Source: Felis catus | Lineage: Eukaryota | Direction of reading: 5' to 3' | DNA: 64,000 nucleotides | Assembly: GCF_018350175.1 (NCBI RefSeq) | Contig: NC_058373.1 | Location: forward strand, 105,278,001 to 105,342,000 | Part shown: in pieces, positions 13,461 through 27,025 of the stretch | Numbering within the stretch: the first letter of the stretch is position 1 | Layout: each line of letters begins with the position of its first letter | Notes under the pieces: model-generated | Told to the model about the DNA's origin: nothing | The model's input: only the letters and a program-made list of their open reading frames with translations | Database searches by the model: none | Translations under genes and position numbers: made by a program

Positions 13461-14491
13461 CATTCTTTGGTCAACCTTTCCCAGCATGCTTTTCATGTTT
13501 AGGACTGTAGAAGGCAGTGCGGACCTAGAGGGAGGAATGAGACAAAGCAACTACTCTCAAGGGATAAAGAGAAGAAAAGGGTGGTTAAGAGGAATAATTT
13601 TTGAAATCACTGCATTTCCAATAATTTGTTAGAATGCTATTAAATATGAAAAGAGAAATACCTTTATGTAATCATACTGTCAAATTGTCACTTTTTTCTT
13701 ACAGTGATGAAAAAAAACACGTGTTAGGTCCACTGCTGACCGTCTTTATGTGTATACATTTCTTCCATTTTATGTGAGGATGTTTGGAGGACGGGGGGCA
13801 TAATCCATGGGAGAAAAGGCACTCTTCTGGCACATTAATGGATTTTTAACACAGATGATTATTTCAGCTGTTTATTCCTACAAGAAAGGATTTACACCTT
13901 TGTAAAAGAATATATATTATATATAATTCTTTATTCGCACACACATATATGTAATCATGGAGATAAATGTGCGTAACTAAGGATATTCCATCAGAATGAG
14001 CAAAATATATAAAAGGATTGATCTGGAAGATCTGTTAAATAAGACACTGAAAACTGCTCAAGGATTTCCATAACATTTTCACTTGTTGGCACTAAAAGTA
14101 ATTTCCTTTTCTATGTAAGAGTTTTAAGTTTGGAAATTATTTAATTTTCCTGTTGTAGAATTAATTGTACACTGTACATGGAGAGCTTAGATTTTTCTCA
14201 AGTCTTTGACGTTAAACACATCTCACCAAAAACATACACCAGCATTGTTTTTGAAGACTCGCCAACATTCCAGAAACCTCTGCAACCCTTTCATTGTCCT
14301 TAGCCAGACTTCCTGAAACCTGACTTTAAAGGTTTTATGATTTTTATTGAAATCAAATTGATGTAAAATATAATTTAAAGAAATAGATTAACTTAGTGCC
14401 CTTTTTATTCATCAGCCACTAAAGAATAATTTAATTTTCCAAAGTAATAATTGTATAGGTAAATGTAGGTTATCAGTGAGGTAGATTTGTC

Positions 14492-14699
14492 TTTTTTTTT
14501 TTTTTTTAAGTTTACTTATTTTTGAGAAGAGAGAGTGTGCAAACGGGGGGAGGGGCAGAGAGAGAGGGAAACAGAGGATCTGAGGCAGGCTGTGTGCCAA
14601 CAGCAAGAGAGCTTGATGCCCGGCTCAAACTCACGGACTGTGAGATCATGACTGGAGCCAAAGCTGGACGCTCAACTGACTGAGCCACCCAGGCGCCCC
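14492..14699 (-). mobile_element. SINEC
   Basis: Poly(T), (GA)n and ending gagccacccaggcgcccc. Confidence 0.9.
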
Positions 14700-15144
14700 T
14701 AGATTCATAAGTCTTGAAGGCAGAGGGACCATCCAGTTCAATAGAACCAAAGATTATAACTCCGATTAGTGGTAGCATCTGATCTTCTTACATCAGTAAT
14801 ATTTCTGAATATTACTGAAATATTTCTGAATATTTCTATCATACTACACTGCCATTCCCCAAAGAAAACTAATTGCAGTTCTAAGTTAATGTGTTATAAA
14901 TGCTATTCTTCTAATCAATATAATAATCTTTTAATTTTTTGGCAAATTTAGTTTTATATAAATAAAACAAAATTAGATAGATTATTTCAACTAACAGATT
15001 ATTCTACTAACCCACTTCTACCCTAAATAAAAAAAGAAGCTTGGTTATTTCAATTCCAAATGAGTTAGAATAGAGAAGTAATATAGACTTACTGTACTTA
15101 CAGGATGAACTACTACTAGATTGTTTCTTTGTTAGTCTCTAATA

Positions 15145-15570
15145 CAGTGGTTGTCAAACCTTCACAGACATAGGAATCTCTGGCACTCTGAATTCAATCT
15201 AGATCCCCACCTCTCCCTGAGAATTTGATTGTTTGCCTGAGGTGTGACCTGGGAATCAGAATGTTAACTGGGATCCCTGGTGATTTTGATACAGGAGGAG
15301 GAAGACCACCCTTTGTGAAATACTGCTTAATGACTCCAGATAGTCTTGTGACTTCTGTTCTACTATAGAATTAGAAGCACTACAACATAAAGCTTGTACT
15401 CTGGAGTCAGACTGCCTTGGGTTCAAATCCTAGCTCTGCTAATCCTTAGCTGGTGACCTTGGGTAAGATACTTAATGTCTGTGTGGGTGTGTTGATATAG
15501 TAGAGACATGCAGTGCACTTAGAATAGGACCTGACACGTATTAAGAGCTATGAAAATATTAGCTGTGATT
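15145..15570. mobile_element. MER5-like hAT MITE (~15145-15326) followed by a MIR (~15375-15570)
   Basis: Termini cagtggttgtcaaa ... tttgtgaaatactg. MIR core ctctggagtcagactgccttgggttcaaatcctagctctgc. Confidence 0.65.
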
Positions 15571-16039
15571 AGCAGGATTGTCTCTAGGACACTTCTCCTT
15601 TTGGAATACTCATGTTGTAATCAGCTCTTATTTAACAGCTAGGAATTGAACCTCTAATTGGTCCTGAGCTTTAAGGATGTTTGTAAGAAAATGTTATAGA
15701 TGGGACATGTCTGTACAGTGTTAGAGAGATAAACTGATTTTCAACACAATTTTTCACTCTCCAGTGAATATATTGAAGATATATATAAAATCTTGGGTTA
15801 TTTTACAGAACTTTCCATTGACTTGCATGCTGGGCAACTAAATATACTGAAGCTTATTAAACCAAGGGGATTTCCAATCTGTAATCCTATCTATTGGCAA
15901 GTGAGTATTTTAGTAAATTCATTCTGTCAGCAATTCTCTCATCTTTAAATCCAAGAGAGAAACTGATAACTCAAGAGCTCAACAATTATATATGAGCTGT
16001 GGCATCCTGATTAAAAGTAAAGATTAAGATTAGAGGCAA

Positions 16040-16254
16040 GGGTGCCAAGGTGGTGGCTCAGTCGGTTGGGCAACCAACTCTTGAGTTCAGCTCAGGTCAT
16101 GATCTCGCAGTTCATGGGTTTCAGCCCCATGTAGGGCTCTGTGCTGACTGTGTGGAGCCTGCTTAGGATTCTCTCTTGGCCTCTTTCTCTGCCCCTCCCC
16201 TGCTTGTGCTCTCTCTCTCAAAATAAATAAATAAACTAAAAAAATATATTAAAA
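16040..16254 (+). mobile_element. SINEC
   Basis: SINEC body with TSD aagattag(a/g)ggca. Confidence 0.9.
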
Positions 16255-16434
16255 AAGATTAGGGGCAGTATCCGGTACACATGAAGGTATTAAAAATGAC
16301 TAAATTTCTTAGGAAATACCCCCCCCATACACCTCTGATGGCAAAAGGCAACATAATTTCATTGTCACCCCTAGTAACCTTCCTTTTTGTTCTTGTAAAC
16401 ATTTTTTTCCTTTTTATTGTACTTACATAATTTT

Positions 16435-16654
16435 TTTAAATTTTACTTTTTAAAAAACTTTTATTTGTTTTTGAGAGAGACAGAACATGAGTGGAGGAGG
16501 GACAGAGAGAGAGAGGGAGACACATACTCTGAAGCAAACTCCAGGCTCCAAGCTGTCAGCACAGAGCCCGATGCAGGGCTCGAACTCACGAACCGTGAGA
16601 TCATGACCTGAGCCAAAGTCGGATGCTTAACTGACTGAGCCACCCAGGCACCCC
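16435..16654 (-). mobile_element. SINEC
   Basis: Antisense SINEC with TSD tacttacataatttt. Confidence 0.9.
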
Positions 16655-17609
16655 TATACTTACATAATTTATTTTATTATGTAGAAAAGTTAATGAAGTT
16701 TCTTATCCATAAATAATTTTGCTTTTTACCACTATTATTATTGATGTTCTATAGAATAAGATTTTATTTATGTAAAATGCCCCCAAATTTTTGCCTTTGG
16801 CCCTAGCCTTTCCCCATCTAACTGTAAACAAAGGTGAGCCTATATATTTGGAATAATGAGCAGCTGTGCTCCTTGGAGTGTGTAGGGATAATTGTCTTAT
16901 TCGTTATACAGCTTAATGCCTCTTTTTTCCTTCCTCCCCTAACATGACTAATTTGCATAATGGGACACCGGAGCAGATACTGTGAAGTAGCTAGTGCCTC
17001 AGTTAAACAGAACCACTTTGGTCATGTGTTCTTTCTCCCACCTGTAGTGGGACCTCCAATTACTTGGTCTTACTTCTCTTGACTGGCTATTCCTGGGGCC
17101 TCCTATCTTGCCTGACCTATATGGTTGACCCATTTCAGTTCTGTCTTATCACCATGCAAGACTTGATGTCTCTTTGATCTATGCTAATCCCCACTCTGCA
17201 TTCCTCCTACTTTCAAGGGTCTCTGATTTTGTTCTCTGCTCACCAAATCCTGCAGGATGATGATGCTATTTGTGTAATTATAGCCTGTTAGCAGACTGTG
17301 GGGCTTGAGTGGGACTTTTGCCATTCCCCAGGAATTCTTTTACTAATTTCATATTGACCTTCACTCCCAGATAGCACCTATTCCAGCCCTTCACCTCAAA
17401 TCCTTAATCCCAGGTTTATCCCTCAATTCTCTTTTAATGCATGCTTTTGCTTTTCTGAGGTCTGTTCTTTCGAATGTGAAGATTTATAGCTATTCTGTCC
17501 CCAAATTCTTCTTTTCATATTTTTTACTTTGGGGTTGAAGAAAGAGCTATGCTTTTTTCCCTCTATAAAGGTAACTTCCACCTGCAGCCTCGATCCCACC
17601 TCATTCTAC

Positions 17610-17790
17610 TCTTGACAGAGGGAGAGGGGGAAAGATGTCATCCTGAGAGAAGAAAAGAAAAGAAAGGGAGGAATAGAAGAAGGGAAAAGGGGGGTAAGGA
17701 GATAGTGGAGAGGGAAGGGGGAGGAGGGGAAGGAAGAGGTTAGGGATGGCACGGAGATGAGAAAAGGGAGAAGCAAATGGGACAGGGAAT
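17610..17790 (+). repeat. Purine-rich (GA) low-complexity tract
   Basis: Almost exclusively G/A on the + strand. Confidence 0.75.
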
Positions 17791-18037
17791 GAGTGTAGAA
17801 TAAGCAGGATCATTTATTTTTCATCTGCAGAATGAGGGATGGGCTTCATGATCCTTCAGGTGATGTGTAGCCATACACACCTCATCACTCTATTCCTTCT
17901 GAGCCCCTCATCCCCCTATTCCCTGTATTTTCTGAGCTCCCACCCCACCCCCACCCCCATGCCTTTTTCTGTGTCTTTACTTAGAACTATCCCCTCCCCT
18001 GCCCTCTGACACAACGTCCCCATCCCCTATAGACATA

Positions 18038-18277
18038 CTTTCTTTTTTTTTTTTTTTTTTAAATTTTTTTTAACCTTTATTTATTTTTGAGACAGAGAGA
18101 GACAGAGCATGAACAGGGGAGGAGCAGAGAGAGAGAGGGAGACACAGAATCTGAAACAGGCTCCAGGCTCTGAGCTGTCAGCACAGAGCCCGACGCGGGG
18201 CTCGAACCCACGGACCGCGAGATCGTGACCTGAGCCGAAGTCAGACGCTTAACCGACCGAGCCACCCAGGCGCCCCC
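18038..18277 (-). mobile_element. SINEC (felid type, CpG-rich)
   Basis: Long poly(T); TSD ccctatagacat. Confidence 0.92.
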
Positions 18278-18589
18278 CCTATAGACATTCTTGATCCATT
18301 CTGTGTCCTTGAAGGGCCCATAGCGTTTGGCATATATTTCACTTCTAGCCCTCATTAGTGTCATATTCTGTAGGAGTATTTTCTTACAGCCTGTCTCCTT
18401 CTCTAGGAAGGAAATTTCCTAGACACAGTCACCTTATTTCATTCATCCCTGCTCCACCTACATTCTATAGCACAGCACCTTATATGGTAGGTTCTCAGTA
18501 AATGTGTATTGGATCAAATGTATTAGTTGACTCTATTGTCCCATCTAGTGCAGGGGCCTTTTTTTTTTTTTTTTTAACAATTCTCTTTC

Positions 18590-20400
18590 TCTCCATTCAT
18601 TCATTCATTCATTCATTTATTCACTCTTGAGTAGTTGTTATGTGCCAGGTACTGTTCACCACCTTGGGATACTGTAGTAAACATAAAAGTTGAAATCCCT
18701 ATAAATAGTAAATAAATTTACAAAAATTTCAGATGACAATAAATGCTGTGAAAAAAATAAAGGGTTTACAGAAGAATTCCAAGTGTCAACAGACAAATGT
18801 GGAGTGAGCACTAATATTAGAAACCCAGCGTTTTGCAACCACCCTAGTAAAGATTAGATCAGGCAAGAATCCTCAGTGAATGCTAAATGTAGAAGGAAGT
18901 TTTAATGAGGAGAAGGATATTTGCGTGGTCTTAAAGTATCTCCTCATAGATTGGTTCGTTAGTTGAAAGGGAAAACAAAAGCTAGTACATTGATTGGGCA
19001 GTCAAAATTAATATTACCATAGGGGGCAGATAAACTCTGTGTGCTATCCAGGTAGGATATCTGAGCAGGACACAACATTTCCATGTAGTATTCTACCCAA
19101 GAGTGCATAACCTGAATGTAGTCATGGATAAATACCACACGAACCTAAAACACAGGGGAAGAAGTTAACAGTTGTGAATCTGGGTAAGTGATATATGAGC
19201 TTTCTTTCTTTATACTATTCTTGCAGTTTTGCTCCAAGTTTTATATTATTTCCAAATAAAAAGAAAACATTTTTTAAAGGTATTGCTTCATTTATTTAAA
19301 AAATAACGTCGATAGCGATTTGCACTTCTAGTGTCAATTAAAAAGTCATAAAGCAGGGTCATGAATAATGAAGAGAACAAGGTGAGTGGTTTGCTGCTTT
19401 AAAACATTTGGTTGGAGAAGTTTTTTTGAAAGAGTTGCATTTGCAGAGAATGAACCGAAGGAGGAAATCTTGCAAACCCCTGGGGAGGAGTATTCCATCT
19501 AGAAGGATTAGGAAGAATGAAGGTTTGGAGGTGGGAATGAGCTTGATGTGTCAGTATATCTTGCGTAAAGTTATGCTGGGACAGAACCCAGTCATCACTA
19601 AGTGTGGTAGATCTGTTTCTTACCCAGCAAGAAGGCCAGCGTGGCTGGAGGGGAGTGTGCAAGGGGGGCAGTGATAGGAAATGAGAAACGAAATGTAGGC
19701 AGATCACATGGAGCCCTGTAAGTCTCTGGGAAGGAATTTGGATTTTATTCTGAGTATGAGAGATTCCTGTGGAAGGTTTGAGCAGGAGAATGGCAAATTC
19801 TAATTTACATTTTTAAATAGATCACCCTGGCAGCTAGCTGGAAAACACACTATAGGAAGACAGTACTGGGAACAGGGAGACCAACCGGAAGACTTGCGGT
19901 AATCAAGATGAGAGATGGTAGTAGCATGGGCCCCGGTGGGGGTGTCGCAGTGGTCACGTTCCGGCTCTATATATCGATGGTATACCTGATAGAATTACTG
20001 AAGAATGAGTTCATTTCAAAAATTATTTATTAAAGTGGATCAGATGTGTAGTGTAGTAGATAGCACAGGCAAGGATTAATTACTCCTAAGTTTCCAAAAG
20101 TTACCGGGTGAATGATGGTGTCATTTACTGGGAAGACTGAGGTGAAAACCAGTCATTCTGCATAGGGCATGTGAAGTTTGAGAAGCCTAATAAATCTCCA
20201 AGTGAAGAATCGGGTTGGCAGTTTGTTATTTGAGCTCAGGGAAGAGGTTGGGACTGGGGTTGTAAATCTGAGAGTTGATTGTGTGGACACTATTTAAAGC
20301 TGTGGGTATGGAGGAGATGACCTAAGGACTGAGTACAGAAAGGGAAGAGAAGCATCCCAGGTTTAAGATCCCAACACTTTCAAGATTTAAAGAGAGAAAT
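18590..20400 (+). mobile_element. L2 remnant (starts at (TTCA)n ~18594, resumes ~19380) interrupted by an L1MC-like 3' fragment (~18780-19265)
   Basis: L2-type motifs cattcattcatt...tatgtgccaggtactg, gaaggccag.gtggctggag, ggattttattctgag, catgtgaagtttgag. The text as read on + is the reverse complement of the L2 3' end. Confidence 0.65.
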
Positions 20401-23400
20401 GAGAGGCAGCCAGCAAGAGGGAAATTAGACCAAACAGATGATCACCCCACAGTATAGGGAACATGCTAGTTTGCTATACATTTTACAGCTGGAAAGCACT
20501 AATTATTCTTTCTGTGTTAACATTCACCTCTCCATAACTTCTCACTATTGGTTCTAGTTTTGTCCTATTGGGTGTTAGGTCTTTCAGTGGGACAGTGTTT
20601 CAAGTTTTTGATGGCAGCAATCATAATCCAAAGTCTGTGTGTTATGTTCCTTTTACTCTTCCTTATATAATATTGTTCCCAAGCTCCTTACTAATTTGAC
20701 CATACTCCCGTCAGTATATCTTGTGTAAAGTTTTGCTGGGACAGAACCCAGTCATCACCAAGTATGGTAGATCTGTTTCTTCCCCAAACACACAACAATG
20801 AAACCAACATTTGTCAGGTGCTTTACAGATGACAAAGAAGTCTCATGTAGCGTAGCTCTCATTCTCACAGCAAACTTGTGAATATGTACAGATGTTTTTC
20901 TTCTTATTGTTGTTACTTTTATTATACAGTTGGGAAAGCAGAGGTTCGGAGAGGTTAACCTCACTTCTCTTAGATTATCTCAATGTTTACAGACGTTATT
21001 AAATACTGTTGCTCGATACTGTGGTTTCCAGTGTTCCAATAAAACCGACCAAGAGTTTTTTTCAGTGACTTGATATCAAGCTAAGTTTTCTGCCTTCTGC
21101 AGGTGTGCAGTTGATTTTTTAAGCATAACATTTTTCAACCTTAGTATTATCTTGAGAAATTTCTCAACTGTTCTCTCCTGTATACATTTTTGCTCCCCTC
21201 TTGTCTATTATCCACTCAAAGCAAGAGTGATCTTTTAAAAATATGAGTCAGATCACATGACTCCCAGCTCAGAAACCTCCAAAGACTTCTTTTTGCATCA
21301 GAATAAAGTCCAGACTGCTCACTTTGACCTAAAAGACCCTGCATGATTTGGCCCTTGTCTTACTCTCTGAAATCATATCAAGATCTATTTATGAAGTAAA
21401 ACTTATTAAATGTAATTACTTGTTTTTGTCTTAGAAAATTTATGCCAATTCATTATGCTGATATCTTTATATATATAAGCATCCCATTAAGCTAGAAATG
21501 GGCAGATTCTGAAGAAGTGTGAAAATAATTATCAGTACGCCTAATAATAGAAATGGTAACAACCTATTTTTTTTTCATAAGTTAACCCAGGGTCTAACAA
21601 ATACATTTACTGATAAGCCCAAGACAAACTGCCTCTGTTAATCATTATGTGAGAGAGTTGATTCCATGTGCTGAGAAAAATTTTAACAAAGTTTTAGCAG
21701 AACTGACACATTTATTCTTAATTTCCTCTATGTAACACTTCAATAAATAACCCTTTTTAGTTTTTCCTTTCCTGCTTTTTGCAGGGGAATTCAGCTTGTA
21801 ATATAAGCAGAGACCGATTTCTTGGATTTGATGAGTAAATTTAGTCAAAATGGTCAGTTATCCAGCACGATTGCCACACACTAATTTAGACCTTAAAAAA
21901 AAAAAGGTGTGAATGTGCGTGCAGCAGAGAGCAAGGGGAAATGCATATGGCTGGAAATGCTTACGACGGCATCAGCCTCCACACACCAAGTTGTTACCCC
22001 ACTTCTGTTTCTCTGGTCTACTTCAGAATTGCCTTGCCAGGGATGAAAGATCTCATGCAACAGGAAAGTTATCTCTAAGTGTTCGACCTCAGTTTTTAGG
22101 GCAGGAAGAGTTAGTGAAAAGTCTGGAAATACAGCCCATGTAAATTGGAAATGCAAGCTGTGTCTCAGGTGCAACATTAATTTTCACAATTCTGTGAAAC
22201 CTCATTATTTTTTGTTATAAATGTACAAAACAAAACAGGATTACTTCATTATAAGATATGTTCAAACACGTGCATGAAAATACTGTTATTTCAGCTTCCT
22301 CGATAGGCTCCTATCCATCACCAAAGAATGATGATTACAGGTAGAAGGCTTTCTTGGGTGTATTTTGTAATTAGTGGTAAATGCAGAGGCCCAAGTTGTA
22401 CTGGGATTTCCAGTGGGGGGGGGGGGAAGGGGGAGGATGCAGCTGTGGATTATTTTAAGCTAGAATGCTATATACTATGTTTTCAAATACCAGAACAAAT
22501 TACTCTGTTGTGCAACACATAGAAGTCTTTAAGTGAAATGTCATTGCCAACAAGGTGCCCTAAAATCTAATTGTTACTCTCGGTTGTACTTGTCAACTGG
22601 CACTTTTTAGTGTGAGGAGATTCACACAGTCAGGTTAGGGAGAATGCTGGCTCTTTTTCCCCGTGAATATAATTGCCATAATACTTCCCATGTAATGAAG
22701 TCAGAAAAAATTATTTAGGTAGAAATGTACTTCTGAGAACCTTGTGATTATTGCCTTTTGTGTCATTCTGCCTACATCAAAACAAATCAGACTTAGGAAG
22801 TCATGGAAATACTACGTTGGGTATTTTCTAGTCGCTGCATCAGCACGAGCAGTCACTGTCTAGGTTTTCCAGTTTCTTGAAAGAGCTTAGCCTATGTTCA
22901 TAACACTTTGTAGGAAACAGCACAAAATTAGTTTCTATGTCCCGATGTATTTCTCTTGGTGTCACAAGAGTATATATTATATAAATGAAATATTTGTCTT
23001 TGACAGAAAGACTCGTTCACCAAACTACAATTAATGAATACAAGAATTAGAAATCAAAACTTTGTTTAGTCTGAGGAAAAACAATTCTTTAAACTGTAAC
23101 CACATGGCTGTTTCTTGTTTGCATCAACTCCGGGTGACTGTTATTGTCTTCTGTGAATTCTCTGGGGCAGGGGCCTGACTTTGTTGAATGAGCCAATTGT
23201 TTTCCTTTGTGTTGCCCATCTAGTAAGTTCCCATCTGGTTTGTATCAGACTGTTTTCACAGCCAACAACTGCTGCCTTCTCTATATCCTGACACTTCAGG
23301 GCCCCACGCTATCAAAGCACGGCTGCGATGGCCTTGCTGGCAGGGCCTATACAGCTGTGCCTCGCAGCTTGGAGCTATTACCCAGAGTGATGGTAACGTA

Positions 23401-23776
23401 GAACTTGGACTGGCCCTTATTCCCATCGGTGTCGTGTGTACAGTGAGCAGGAGTCCACCCTCCCCCCCCCACCTCCTCCCCCCAAAAACTTACTAGTCAA
23501 CAGAAAGTCCTTAAAGCTCTAATTTTAGGATCTGGAATGGTGGTGTTTTTATTTTCTAGTGGCTTCCTGGATTTGAAAGCTCATTTTTCATTCTTTCACT
23601 CTTTTTCAAAAGGTACCCGGCGTGGCCTTGGGGAAGTAAACTGGTCACCGTGTCACGTTTAATTTTTGTTTCCAAATTTAGTTAGGAATGGCTAGATATG
23701 GCAAAAATCTACTATAAAATCTACACAGATAATACGGTGTCATTTTAGTGATCGTCACAGGCTGTAATATGGAGAA

Positions 23777-24001
23777 GTTTTTTTTTTTAATTTTTTTTTT
23801 AACGTTTATTTATTTTTGAGACAGAGAGAGACAGAGCATGAATGGGGGAGGGTCAGAGAGAGGGAGACGCAGAATCCAAAACAGGCTCCAGGCTCTGAGC
23901 TGTCAGCACAGAGCCTGACGCGGGGCTCGAACTCACAGACCGCGAGATCATGACCTGAGCCGAAGTTGGCCGCTCAACTGACTGAGCCACCCAGGTGCCC
24001 C
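23777..24001 (-). mobile_element. SINEC (felid type)
   Basis: TSD tggagaagtttt. Confidence 0.92.
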
Positions 24002-24231
24002 TGGAGAAGTTTTCATATTTAGGAAGGATCTCCATCTCGGAAAATAGATGTTCTGTATGCAAACTGTAGAAGCACTTGGGTTCAAAGTGCTTAGTAACTG
24101 TTAGGGAGTTACTTTGCCTCCAGTTTTGTTAGCCATCAGATGTCACTTACAAGAATGGGATAACAGTGACCTTTTGTAACAATCTGTGGCCGTGTGTCAT
24201 TAAAGTTGTATGAGTTATTGTTGAATAAGAG

Positions 24232-24460
24232 TTTTTTTTTATTTCTTTATTTTTTTATAAATGTTATTTATTTTTGAGACAGAGAGAGACAGAGCATGAA
24301 CAGGGGAGGGGCAGAGAGAGAGGGAGACACAGAATCTGAAACAGGCTCCAGGCTCTGAGCTGTCAGCACAGAGCCCGATGCGGGGCTTGAACTCACGGAC
24401 CGCGAGATCATGACCTGAGCCGAAGTCGGACACTTAACCGACTGAGCCACCCAGGCGCCC
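24232..24460 (-). mobile_element. SINEC (felid type)
   Basis: Full antisense copy with short TSD aagagtt. Confidence 0.92.
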
Positions 24461-24939
24461 CAAGAGTTGTGTTTAAATGTAGCTCTGATGTCACATTGCT
24501 TCATAAAGTGTAACAGCAAAACTCTTTTGCACCAAAAAAGAATTAAATGACTTTTACAGAAGGTATTAATGTTTTAGAAATGTTTTCAAGATTAGGTAAA
24601 ATGATATTAGTTTATGATTTCAAATACATTGAGTAGCTAATTGTCACAGAGCATCAAGTATCCCGTAAGTAGTAAGTCCTGTGGAGTCCCAACTACAGCA
24701 ACAACAACAACAAAATTCACCTTCCGCTTCTGAATAATTTCAGCTCGCTGGTATTTCAAGGTTTTAAGAAAAGAAACAGAAAGGAATTTGTCTTGGTCAT
24801 TAGCAGTATGGCCTGTGAGTTAGCAACTATTCACTTGGTGTTAACAGCTGGTAAAATTAGTTATTTGGCTGTTCCAGTTGTTGGAAAACAGTTCAAAACT
24901 GTGAAGAAATCACCTTTCAATTGCTGAAACTAATCTACT

Positions 24940-25235
24940 GGGTTTTGTTTTGTTTTGTTTTGTTTTTTCAATTTCAACAGAAGTATAGTATATACACAGA
25001 GAAATACACATAGCATGAGTGTACAGCTGAAAGAATTTCCCAAAACGAAGCTCACTTGTGTAATCCATACCCAGCTCGGGGAAACAGAACATCGCCAGCA
25101 CCCCACCCCCCAACAGCCCCCTCATGTTGCCTTTGTTACAGCCTCCACCCCTCAAGGATAACCACCGTCCTGTGACTAGTCCTCTTAGTTTTCTACTGTA
25201 AATAAATGAAATCACACAGAATGTACGGCTTCTTT
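24940..25235 (-). mobile_element. Old L1 3' UTR fragment
   Basis: Motifs gtgtacagct..aagaattt, acagaacatcgccagcacccc, ataaccacc..cctg. Confidence 0.65.
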
Positions 25236-26890
25236 CACGAGGCAAGCCTATTGTAATTTTTAAGATTCTTTTTGTTTTCAAACCATTACGGCATGCTTTT
25301 ATAAAGAATTATCTGACAGGAATTTGTTTTAGTAGCTGTGTCACAGGCTATTCAACCAACAGGAAGTGCACCGTAGATAAAATTGTCTACTCTAACTCTC
25401 AGTTCTCAACCAAATTTTAATGCTGGAATGTTCCTCTAGACATTCTTGCCCCTAAAAGGTAGGAACTCTGTCATAACACCACACAGCAATACATGCAAGT
25501 ACTTAAATGGTTTTTAGTGAGCTTTAATAATTAAATGTATGTCATTCAAATAAAGCTTGGTCTGCATTCAGGTAGGTAGGTCATCTATTTTTTAAATTAC
25601 CAGTCACCTCCTTGGTAGTTGACTATAAGCTTTTACGCTGCCAAGATATGATTTCTAAAATGCTATTATTGGAGAGAATGGTGTACATATTAGATAGGCG
25701 GCCAATGAGTAACTTAATCTGGCCAGATTATTTGTTTAAAAGGTGTTAATTTCTTTTTATATTTTTTAACTACTCTAATAATGGTTCCTTTTTTCCCCCA
25801 GTGAACTCAAATTGGTATACAACATCCAGGTATTCTAAACATTATTCATTTTAGATTTCTCCTTATTAGCTTTTGTTTCATATTCTGGATGGCACCCATT
25901 TAAAAGCTCTTGCTTTGTGGGCTAAAAAATTTATTATTTGACGCCTTCAACTTTATATCCTTAACAGCCATATAGTGCCATGCAGTTTTCTTAAATAATC
26001 CATAGAGAATTTATTTAAAATCATAATCTAAAATAATAATGTATAGATTTAAGTATTGCTGTAGTGGTGATTCTTACCAAAGATAGTATTAAAAACCAAA
26101 AGATAAACTTTCAAGCCAATAATAAAAAAATTGTAAATACAAGAGTACAAACATTGTAAAGCCCGGGTTGCTATCCTTTTAAATACCACCTTGTGAAATA
26201 CAATAACATGTAATAAAAAGAAAGAAAAGAAATATAACAATATGGCCTCCTTTCAAGTGGGCACCATGTAGCTACAAGATTTTGAGTGCCCATTTAGATA
26301 AAAAGCTGAAGTATTGAACTAAGGTGAGTGTTTGGGAGAAGCATAGTATACAAGTGCTACCATAGCCTAGTAACCAGTGTGTGTCCTCATTTAAAGCTTT
26401 TTCAGCAGTGTCCCTGCTTTCCCAGCCTTGGGTTCCATTTCAGATCACTTGTTTTGATGTCATGATATCTTTAAACATTTAGATAAAGGTTAACACATTG
26501 GTCTTTTGCAGTAAAGGAAAAAGGATAAATTATATGCTTAGGTTATTTGTGACTCAATTTTTTATTTAGCTTTATCCACTGCTAATTCCCATAGAAATTT
26601 GTAGATCAAATATTTGGAAAATTTCCCTTCTCAGCCTTTGACTTAAATACCAATGAGTGTTATGTTTCTTCACTTTTGAGCAGTAGGATGAGGAAGTGTA
26701 AGAGACAACAAGTTTGGGAAGCAGTTTTAAATCACGTTGGCCAAAGTATACAGTGTGTTTGAATCCTCACCTGCAAAGCACAATACTCACCTTTTCAGTG
26801 ACCCCCTCACCCAGCAAGTGTGAATTATGAGGTAGCTACTTGTTAAAGGGACAGATGACAATAGATGACTCTGATACTGAGTTAGTGGCT

Positions 26891-27025
26891 TTTTTATTTT
26901 ATTTTATTTTATTTTATTTTATTTTATTTTATTTTATTTTATATTTTATTTTATTTTATTTTATTTTATTTTATTTTATTTTATTTTATTTTATTTTATT
27001 TTATTTTATTTTATTTTATTTTTTT
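26891..27025 (+). repeat. (TTTTA)n pentanucleotide microsatellite
   Basis: About 26 near-perfect units. Confidence 0.97.

Noticed and set aside
14797..14837. Short imperfect tandem repeat (aatatttctg)n
   Set aside because: Ordinary slippage-type low-copy repeat.
16890..16960. Octamer ATTTGCAT (16951-16958) near a Sox-like ATTGTC
   Set aside because: Single short motifs are expected by chance in 64 kb; no other support from sequence alone.
19550..20786. LTR pair or CRISPR-like repeat
   Set aside because: Only two 77-bp copies with no LTR signals; the spacer is ordinary L2-derived sequence in a mammalian genome.
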